A stretch of DNA of 64,000 bases. Source: a virus. Taxonomy: Duplodnaviria > Heunggongvirae > Uroviricota > Caudoviricetes. The DNA lies in the IMG/VR virus record IMGVR_UViG_3300037067_019759, one strand, 5' to 3'. The notes below the pieces were generated by a model. It made no database searches, had not been told where the DNA came from, and saw only the letters and a list, made by a program, of their open reading frames with translations. Positions within the stretch are counted from its first letter, which is position 1; the number at the start of each line of letters is the position of its first letter. The position numbers were made by a program, and so were the translations under genes. Shown piece by piece: positions 57,665 through 64,000 of this stretch.

Positions 57665-59344
57665 ATGCTTAACAACCTCACAATCAACAAATTAGATTCG
57701 CTCCTTGGCAAGGCAGAGTTAAGCGTGGAAGCGTCAAGAGAAGAATTACGAACGGCCGCTATCGGTTATTGCAAGAAAAATATATCCGTAATACCCGTGG
57801 CGAAAGACAAGAAACCCCTAGTAAAATGGCAAGAGTTCCAGACTAGGCGCGCTAATGAGCAGGAAATAAATAAATGGTTCAAACAATTTCCCGACATGCA
57901 GATAGCAATAGTTTGCGGAAAAATTTCCGGGTTGATAGTCGTCGACATAGACAAACCGGATATGGATTTATCTTGGTTGCCAGAAACGTCAATCATAAAA
58001 ACAGGGTCGGGAGGATTTCATTATTACTATAAATATTGTCCGGGCGTTAATAACAAGGTGCGGATTAAAGATTATATTGACTTGAGAGGGGATGGCGGTT
58101 TTGTGATCTGCCCCCCCAGCGTAAATTTAAAAGGAAAATATGAAATTATAAATAGAAAAAATTTAGCGTCATTCCCAATTAATCTTTTTTCTCAAAATAT
58201 AGATCTGTTAGCATATCGGCAATCATACCAAGGCGATTATATCGGTTACGGTCAAGGTGAACGGAACGACCAGATGACGAGGTGGATTGGTCATTTATTG
58301 GCAAAAATACATCCGTCCGAATGGGAGAGTATCGCTTGGAACGCGGTGGTTGACGCTAACGCTAAAAATATTCCTCCGCTTGGAGAGGGAGAATTACGGT
58401 CTATTTTTAATAGTATATCCGGCAAGGAGCGTAATAATACTACCGAACGTTGGTATAAAAAAGCGGAAGATGAAAAAATAAATTTAATCGTTAAGAATGA
58501 TTACAAGAGTCGTTATACTTGGGGCACGAATGAATTAGATAGTCATTTCGCGATTATCAAACGAGGAAATTTTATTATAATCGGCGCACGAAGAAATTCT
58601 GGAAAAACTGTTTTTTCGTTTGACATGGCGTTTAAAAATGCTTTGCTTGGGCATAATGTTCTTTATTTATCGCTTGAAATGGACGAGGAAAAAATACTTT
58701 CCGATTTTGCTCGCAAGTATGCTGGGATTAGCATTGAGGAGGAATATAATTATTTGATACCGGATTATAAACAGCAAGCGTTCCAACGGAAAATAGCGGA
58801 AATAAAATCAGTCGGTAATTTATATTTTCGCGGGATGCGGCGAGGCAATGGCACAACTTGGAATATTATCGTTAAAAAGATAAATGAGTTTTCGGATTTG
58901 GATTTAATTTTTATTGATAATTTGGATTTGATTGACGGCGAGGTAAAGGAGAACGATTTTGACAGACAGAAAAGAATTTCCAAGTTGATAATGAATTTTA
59001 CGGAGGAGAAGAAAATACCAGTGGTGTTAATCCATCATCATCGCAAAATACAAGCGAAAGATTTCGGCGCGGATGAATTAGCAGGGTCGGGAAAGATAGC
59101 TGACAACGCTGATATAATTTTAAAAATTCAGAGGAATGATGATCCCAATTCTGTCTATCCTGAAAAATATAAAAGTAAGTTGTTTCAACAAAAAGGTCGT
59201 GGATATGGCGAGGCAAGTTGCAGTATATATTTTGTTAGAGGTACTTTTTGTGATACTTATCCGTCAGTACCTCCAAATTGGGACGAACCAACAGAAGAAG
59301 AAATTAAAAAAGCCCAAGAGAAAATGAGTTGGGCTGATAAATAA
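57665..59344 (+). CDS. Bifunctional primase-polymerase (Prim-Pol) N-terminal domain fused to a DnaB-like replicative helicase ATPase
   Basis: VIPVAKDKKP..VKWQEFQ...IAIVCGKISGLIVVDID is a Prim-Pol signature. GARRNSGKTVFSFDMA...LYLSLEMDE is DnaB-type Walker A/B. Confidence 0.6.
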   Translation: MLNNLTINKLDSLLGKAELSVEASREELRTAAIGYCKKNISVIPVAKDKKPLVKWQEFQTRRANEQEINKWFKQFPDMQIAIVCGKISGLIVVDIDKPDMDLSWLPETSIIKTGSGGFHYYYKYCPGVNNKVRIKDYIDLRGDGGFVICPPSVNLKGKYEIINRKNLASFPINLFSQNIDLLAYRQSYQGDYIGYGQGERNDQMTRWIGHLLAKIHPSEWESIAWNAVVDANAKNIPPLGEGELRSIFNSISGKERNNTTERWYKKAEDEKINLIVKNDYKSRYTWGTNELDSHFAIIKRGNFIIIGARRNSGKTVFSFDMAFKNALLGHNVLYLSLEMDEEKILSDFARKYAGISIEEEYNYLIPDYKQQAFQRKIAEIKSVGNLYFRGMRRGNGTTWNIIVKKINEFSDLDLIFIDNLDLIDGEVKENDFDRQKRISKLIMNFTEEKKIPVVLIHHHRKIQAKDFGADELAGSGKIADNADIILKIQRNDDPNSVYPEKYKSKLFQQKGRGYGEASCSIYFVRGTFCDTYPSVPPNWDEPTEEEIKKAQEKMSWADK

Positions 59345-59351
59345 TAAAATT

Positions 59352-60191
59352 ATGAATATACTATCAGAGTATCAAAAATTTTGCGAGAATGAAGGAATTT
59401 TTTTAAAAGTAGATAATAACGTGAAGTCTTATGATGACACAACATTATTTTGTCCCGCGGGGATGCAACAATTCAAGGATAAATTTATCGACAAGAGTTA
59501 TAAGGGGACGATTGCTAATGTTCAAAGTTGCATTAGGTTAAATGATTTTGACGAGATTGGCGATGGAACGCATTTCGCTTATTTCAACATGCTTGGGTTG
59601 TTCTCTTTCAGAGAATTATCAGTTAAACAAACAATTAATCTTTTTTTAAAATTTATAAAAAATTTAGGATTAAAGATTGATTACGCGACAATTCATCCTG
59701 ATAAAAGAGATTGGAAATATTATTATCCTGATTATATGCCATTAAAAAATGATGATGATTGTAAATGGACGGATGGCAAAATTGGCGGTTATTGCACGGA
59801 ATTTTATGTTGACGGCATAGAAATTGGGAATATAGTTAATCCGCTCGGAGATTGTATTGATGTTGGTTTTGGATTAGAAAGATTAGACATGCTAGTTAAT
59901 GGTAAAAAACAAAAGAGTAGAATTGAATTATTAAAAGAGTGCGCTTTAAAAATAATAGAAGCCGGTTTTAAGCCGAGTAATCTAAAACAAGGATATGTTT
60001 TAAGAAAAATTTTAAGAGAAATATATAAAAGTGGTGAAGTTTTGGATCATCAATATTTTAAAGATGAAATAGAGAGGCAGAAAATAATAAAAAATAGATA
60101 TGAAAAATTAAAAAATAAAAATAAAGATAAAACTAAGGAGTGGTGGTTTGATACTCATGGGATAGATTTAGAAGAAGTTAATAACAAATAA
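59352..60191 (+). CDS. Hypothetical protein
   Basis: ORF. Confidence 0.3.
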   Translation: MNILSEYQKFCENEGIFLKVDNNVKSYDDTTLFCPAGMQQFKDKFIDKSYKGTIANVQSCIRLNDFDEIGDGTHFAYFNMLGLFSFRELSVKQTINLFLKFIKNLGLKIDYATIHPDKRDWKYYYPDYMPLKNDDDCKWTDGKIGGYCTEFYVDGIEIGNIVNPLGDCIDVGFGLERLDMLVNGKKQKSRIELLKECALKIIEAGFKPSNLKQGYVLRKILREIYKSGEVLDHQYFKDEIERQKIIKNRYEKLKNKNKDKTKEWWFDTHGIDLEEVNNK

Positions 60192-61010
60192 ATGGAAATA
60201 AATACTATCATAAATGAAAATTGTTTAAATATTTTATCACAAATGCCGGAAGAATCGGTTGACTTAGTTGTTTCAGATATCCCCTATAAAATAATTGCGG
60301 GAGGAGTAAGAGTAATTTATCAAAGTGATGAATGTGGTGGAATATTTAATAAAAGGGATTATAGCAAAACCGATCCGCAAGGAGTGCTAGGGAGAGGAAG
60401 AGTGATTGTGCAGACGGATGATAATCCTATTGGCAGAAAGTGTCTTAAGAAAGGAGGCAATACTCCATCAGCGGTAAAAGACGGCAAGATGTTTGAGCAC
60501 AATGAAATAGAATTCAGTGAGTGGTTGCCGTTGGTGTATAAAGTGTTAAAAAAAGGAACACATTGTTATTTGATGATTAATGGCAGAAATTTAGCGGAAC
60601 TTACCAAACAGGCGGAAAAAGTTGGTTTCACTTGGCAGCAATTGTTGGTGTGGAAAAAAGGGAATGCAACTCCTAATAAATATTACATGAACGCTTGCGA
60701 ATATATTTTAATGCTTTCCAAACGTCCGGCACGCAATATAGATAACATGGGAAGAAAGAATGTGATCGAAGTAAATAATATAATCGGTAATAAAACTCAT
60801 CCGACAGAGAAGCCGTTATCATTATTAAAAGTATTGATAGAGGCAAGTTCAAATAAGGGAGATTTGGTGTTGGACATGTTTTGCGGAACGGGTAGTGCTT
60901 GCGTATCGGCAAAAGAATTAGGCAGAAATTATATCGGCGTGGATATTGATGGCGGGTATTGTAAAGTGGCGAGAGAAAGATTGAATAGAGTGCAAAGTAA
61001 TATGTTTTAG
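60192..61010 (+). CDS. DNA methyltransferase (beta-class N6-adenine or N4-cytosine amino-methyltransferase)
   Basis: LVVSDIPYK (motif IV DPPY variant) N-terminal. LDMFCGTGSACVSAKELGRNYIGVDID (motif I FxGxG) C-terminal. Confidence 0.6.
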   Translation: MEINTIINENCLNILSQMPEESVDLVVSDIPYKIIAGGVRVIYQSDECGGIFNKRDYSKTDPQGVLGRGRVIVQTDDNPIGRKCLKKGGNTPSAVKDGKMFEHNEIEFSEWLPLVYKVLKKGTHCYLMINGRNLAELTKQAEKVGFTWQQLLVWKKGNATPNKYYMNACEYILMLSKRPARNIDNMGRKNVIEVNNIIGNKTHPTEKPLSLLKVLIEASSNKGDLVLDMFCGTGSACVSAKELGRNYIGVDIDGGYCKVARERLNRVQSNMF

Positions 61011-61018
61011 TTATTAAC

Positions 61019-61046
61019 TTGACAAGTTATTTTTTTAGGTGTATAC
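61019..61046 (+). promoter_or_regulatory. Consensus promoter on the plus strand (same 32-bp cassette as 47824-47852) followed by a leader hairpin
   Basis: TTGACAagttatttttttaggtgTATACT. Hairpin CGCCTTGC-N15-GCAAGGCG at 61076-61106. Confidence 0.5.
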
Positions 61047-61110
61047 TGTTTATAGATGATTTATTTTTAATTTCGCCTTGCGGAGAAAGTATCAAAGCAA
61101 GGCGAATTGG

Positions 61111-61261
61111 TGGCTTGATGAATTGTTTATTGTTGACGGCGGCAAGTATACTAATGGCTCTATTTATTTATACAACAATCTTCTATTATATGGTGCTCAT
61201 CAGTTTATTTGTTTTGATTGTTTATTGTCTCTTTAACGAGAGACAAGAGATAGATAAATAA
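61111..61261 (+). CDS. Small hydrophobic peptide. The ORF table's 61019 start is a TTG that overlaps the promoter; ATG is at 61111.
   Basis: MNCLLLTAASILMALFIYTTIFYYMVLISLFVLIVYCLF is TM-like. Preceded by a promoter and an 8-bp perfect hairpin. Confidence 0.3.
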
Positions 61262-61303
61262 CCATTACTGCCGTCAATAGTAAATAACTTTAAATTAAAA
61301 GAT

Positions 61304-61411
61304 ATGCGCAAAACTTGTTCTCATTATATTAAAAGAAAAAAGAAAAAGATATTAACTAAAAAAGGATTTTCTCCTTATTTGTGCGGGAAATGTAATTGTT
61401 ATGTGGTTTAA
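61304..61411 (+). CDS. Micro-protein, zinc-ribbon (35 aa)
   Basis: MRKTCSHY...CGKCNC. Preceded by the junction motif AACTTTAAATTAAAAGAT. Confidence 0.3.
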   Translation: MRKTCSHYIKRKKKKILTKKGFSPYLCGKCNCYVV

Positions 61412-61432
61412 AATAACTTTAATTTAAAATAT

Positions 61433-61570
61433 ATGAAATACATATGTCCAGAATGCGAAGAAGAATATTCAAGTAAAGACGCAGACGCTTTGCATTTTAT
61501 TTGTCCTGTTTGTGAAAAAGACCTTATTTCTAAATTTAGCAAAGAAGAAGCAATAAATTTATTCAAATAA
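61433..61570 (+). CDS. Micro-protein, zinc-ribbon (45 aa)
   Basis: CPECEEEY...CPVCEK. Junction motif upstream. Confidence 0.3.
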   Translation: MKYICPECEEEYSSKDADALHFICPVCEKDLISKFSKEEAINLFK

Positions 61571-61586
61571 CTTTAAATTAAAAGAT

Positions 61587-61751
61587 ATGAAAACAATTAA
61601 AGAATTAAGAGAAGAAGTAAGCAAAATGGACCCACAAAAAATAGATGCAGAAACTTTATTAGTTCAAACAAGAATAGCAAGAGCTTGCGAAAATATTGCT
61701 TTTAACTTAGAAAAAATCAGTGATAATATAGAGAAGTTTAAATTATATTAA
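61587..61751 (+). CDS. Micro-protein (54 aa), helical
   Basis: Junction motif upstream. ORF. Confidence 0.3.
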   Translation: MKTIKELREEVSKMDPQKIDAETLLVQTRIARACENIAFNLEKISDNIEKFKLY

Positions 61752-61760
61752 ATTAAAACT

Positions 61761-62054
61761 ATGACAAAACAAGAAGTACAACAAAGAGTTTTACAAAACG
61801 GCAAACCGCTTGATTTAGAAAAATTTGAGTGGGATGAAAAAACTAATGTATTCTCAAGTGAAGAAAATGGTTTAGTTTTAGATTTTAAGGGTATAGACGA
61901 CTGTACCTTTAAGACTTGGTTTGACTGTACCTTTAAGACTGGGTCTGGCTGTGTAGTTGTAAGACGAGATATTTACGAAGTTATTGAGTTAAAAGAAAAT
62001 CAAAAAATTAAACTGCACGATTATAGTGTAAAAGGATTTGATATTTTAAATTAA
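61761..62054 (+). CDS. Hypothetical small protein
   Basis: ORF. Contains an exact 18-bp direct repeat (gactgtacctttaagact x2). Confidence 0.3.
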   Translation: MTKQEVQQRVLQNGKPLDLEKFEWDEKTNVFSSEENGLVLDFKGIDDCTFKTWFDCTFKTGSGCVVVRRDIYEVIELKENQKIKLHDYSVKGFDILN

Positions 62055-62070
62055 CTTTAAATTAAAAGAT

Positions 62071-62421
62071 ATGACTTATAATTTTATATCATTTGAAAAT
62101 AAAAGAAAAAATTTAGATTGTTATATTTGTTCAGGAAAAGGTTCGGGTTCAATAATTTTCAAAAAAAAATTTGTAGATAAAATAAAAGATAAAAATTTTA
62201 AATATGTTAATTTATTTTATGATGAAAATAATAAAACGCTTGCTTTTAAATTTTTAGAAAGTAAAGAAAGAAATTCTTTTCTTCTTTCTGGAAAACAATA
62301 TGCTTTAAATTCAGTTAGATTTTTTAGAGTAAATAATCTATTAAATATAAAAGACAGTTTTAAAATTGAAGAATATCAAGATGAAAAATTAGGTATGCTT
62401 TATTTAGTAAAATTTTGTTAG
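62071..62421 (+). CDS. Hypothetical small protein
   Basis: Junction motif upstream. ORF. Confidence 0.3.
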   Translation: MTYNFISFENKRKNLDCYICSGKGSGSIIFKKKFVDKIKDKNFKYVNLFYDENNKTLAFKFLESKERNSFLLSGKQYALNSVRFFRVNNLLNIKDSFKIEEYQDEKLGMLYLVKFC

Positions 62422-62446
62422 AAAAAATAACTTTAAATTAAAATAT

Positions 62447-62866
62447 ATGGTCAATAAAACTTTATTAAAAAGTTTAAAGCAAGACGCAATGGCAGAAGAA
62501 GCGATAGCGAGCGCGGAATTAGCGTCTAACAAAACTGAAAACTGGGAAGAAGAATTTAATGCAATTATAAATGAATGGAAAGAACCATACTATTGTTTTG
62601 AAAGACACGATGCTTTAATTGATTATATGAATATAGTAATTAAAAAAATGAAATTATTGATTGAGAAAATTTTAAAACAACAAGGAGAAGAAAACTTCCA
62701 CTCAACTTGCCCGACTTGCAAAAAGTTAATACCTAACAAGCATTTTGATTGCGAGAGAGAAATGAAAGAACATTTTTTAAAACAACAAAAATTAGAAATT
62801 AAAAATCAATTATTATCCAAAGGACACGGAGGTGGAAATTGGAGAAGATTGATAATGGAATTATGA
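62447..62866 (+). CDS. Hypothetical small protein with a CxxC pair
   Basis: Junction motif upstream. CPTCKK...C. Confidence 0.3.
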   Translation: MVNKTLLKSLKQDAMAEEAIASAELASNKTENWEEEFNAIINEWKEPYYCFERHDALIDYMNIVIKKMKLLIEKILKQQGEENFHSTCPTCKKLIPNKHFDCEREMKEHFLKQQKLEIKNQLLSKGHGGGNWRRLIMEL

Positions 62867-63201
62867 CAAATAAAACTGAAAAAATAAAAGAAGAATTTTT
62901 AAAAAATTTTTGGGAAGCATTGGAGATGTCAAAAAAAACAAATTATCCTTGGCTACACCATTTTAATATTCATTTTGAAGAAATTGAAAATCTTTTAAAA
63001 CAGCAAAGAGAAGAAATTATTAAGATAGCAGAGAGGATGAAAATAGACGATGAGATGAAAATTTATTCAGAAGAAGAAATGGAATTATTAAAAAAATTAT
63101 ATAGCTCCAATACTGATTTAAAAAATTATCTCGTGGCAGTTAAAACGGGAGCAAACTATATTATGGATTTATTCATCTCAAAAATTAAAGAACTAAAATA
63201 A
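62839..63201 (+). CDS. Hypothetical small protein
   Basis: ORF. Confidence 0.3.
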   Translation: MEKIDNGIMTNKTEKIKEEFLKNFWEALEMSKKTNYPWLHHFNIHFEEIENLLKQQREEIIKIAERMKIDDEMKIYSEEEMELLKKLYSSNTDLKNYLVAVKTGANYIMDLFISKIKELK

Positions 63202-63205
63202 CTTT

Positions 63206-63382
63206 ATGAAAATTATTTATAAATCAGTAAAGATGATAATGCCCTCTTGTCCCGTTTGTAAATCCATATTAGGCGGAAATGGAAGCCAATTATTGCCTTA
63301 TTATTGTAAATGTGGGGAGTGGCTAGCAAAAGATTTTTTTGATTTTAAGGGTGAATACGAAATTGTTAAAAAACTAACTTAA
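63206..63382 (+). CDS. Micro-protein, zinc-ribbon (58 aa)
   Basis: CPVCKS...CKCGEW. Junction-like motif AAAATAACTTTATG upstream. Confidence 0.3.
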   Translation: MKIIYKSVKMIMPSCPVCKSILGGNGSQLLPYYCKCGEWLAKDFFDFKGEYEIVKKLT

Positions 63383-63396
63383 TTAAATAAAAAATT

Positions 63397-63738
63397 ATGT
63401 CAACACAAAAGTACCAAGGCGATGTGTCTATAATAAACGCAGATACACCGCAAGCAAAAGAATTTTTAGCTAAAACAATTTTTAAAAAATTTCCCAAAAA
63501 AGGATTAACTGTCGCTTATGGGGAAATCACGGGTCATCATCACACTATTGTCGCCGAACGCGAAGCGGATGTGGAATACGCGGAAACAGAATTTGGTTTT
63601 GTGATGAAAATAAATTCAGGTGAAACAACGGTTACTCATCAAGAACACAAAAATTATACATTAGGAAAAGGAATTTATTTTATTGGCAGACAAGACGAGT
63701 ACGACCCAATTTTGGAATTCAAACAAGTACAAGATTAA
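63397..63738 (+). CDS. Hypothetical small protein
   Basis: ORF. Confidence 0.3.
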   Translation: MSTQKYQGDVSIINADTPQAKEFLAKTIFKKFPKKGLTVAYGEITGHHHTIVAEREADVEYAETEFGFVMKINSGETTVTHQEHKNYTLGKGIYFIGRQDEYDPILEFKQVQD

Positions 63739-63747
63739 ATAATAATT

Positions 63748-64000
63748 ATGGATTACTCACAAGAAACAAAAGACCTTATAGACCGTATATGTCGCAATGT
63801 AGAACGCGAAGATTTTAAATTAAATAAGGAAAAAGCAGGTGAATGCTTAATGAAAACTTATGATTTATTTAATTTAAAACGTCCAAAAAAAGTTGTGTGG
63901 TGTATAGATATTTTTGATAAAAAATTTCAAAACGCGGCGCGGTCGGCGCGGTCGGCGCGGTCGGAGGGGTCGGCATGGTCGGCATGGTCGGCGCGGTCGG
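63748..64000 (+). CDS. Partial CDS running off the window. C-terminal part is an (ARS)n repeat encoded by a GC-rich 9-bp tandem repeat.
   Basis: ATG at 63748. Frame stays open through CGGCGCGGT repeats to the window end. Confidence 0.3.
   Translation, partial: MDYSQETKDLIDRICRNVEREDFKLNKEKAGECLMKTYDLFNLKRPKKVVWCIDIFDKKFQNAARSARSARSEGSAWSAWSARS
63931..64000 (+). repeat. GC-rich 9-bp tandem repeat CGGCGCGGT (variants CGGAGGGGT, CGGCATGGT), at least 7 copies, truncated by the window end
   Basis: Read directly. Sharp compositional contrast with the surrounding AT-rich DNA. Confidence 0.7.

Noticed and set aside
61019-61110. ORF 61019-61261 beginning at TTG 61019
   Set aside because: The first 90 nt are the promoter cassette and leader hairpin shared with 47816-47860. 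The coding part most likely begins at ATG 61111.
1-64000. Integrase, excisionase or transposase that would define a prophage or mobile element boundary
   Set aside because: No tyrosine or serine recombinase or DDE motifs were recognised in any ORF. Mobility is represented only by the HNH homing endonucleases.

Overview
This window is AT-rich (roughly 30% GC) and densely packed with genes. It reads as a contiguous segment of a large tailed dsDNA bacteriophage genome, or a prophage, of a low-GC bacterial host. Recurrent sigma70-like promoters (TTGACA-N17-TATACT) and ORFs that stay open under the standard genetic code support a bacterial host.

The window falls into three blocks:

- **1-35.6 kb, plus strand.** A roughly 10-kb modification cassette sits at the left. 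It holds two radical-SAM/SPASM enzymes, five SAM-methyltransferase-like genes in two families, two GT2 glycosyltransferases and two pairs of DxD-type paralogs. It has grown by tandem segmental duplication and is punctuated by HNH/NUMOD3 homing endonucleases. It is followed by a virion module: three giant proteins whose cores are hundreds of residues of (I/V/L/K/F)SPS tandem repeat, a glycine-rich tail fibre, a TAP-repeat protein and an M23 peptidase.
- **35.6-55.3 kb, minus strand.** A DNA-metabolism block: an SbcD/SbcC-like pair, a Holliday junction resolvase (Hjc)-like nuclease, an SF2 helicase, a SPOUT methyltransferase, an HD-domain (p)ppGpp-hydrolase-like protein and an SPFH protein. It is interrupted by at least five free-standing HNH(-AP2) homing endonuclease genes.
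- **55.3-64 kb, plus strand.** A replication module: an initiator-like gene with four embedded 21-bp iterons plus an AT-rich tract, a primase-polymerase/DnaB-like helicase fusion and a DNA methyltransferase. It is followed by an array of micro-genes joined by a conserved junction motif. The window ends in a GC-rich 9-bp tandem repeat.

The most notable non-coding signals are:

- A family of six promoter plus 5'-UTR RNA pseudoknot cassettes in front of homing-endonuclease genes, with extensive compensatory base changes between copies.
- A second covarying two-stem RNA element in front of two plus-strand HNH genes.
- A 99-bp perfectly identical inverted duplication of a fibre-gene fragment, 23.6 kb away inside a membrane-protein ORF.
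- A tRNA-like T-arm/acceptor fragment in a structured intergenic region.

All protein calls rest on motif recognition by eye in the supplied translations. No database search was possible.
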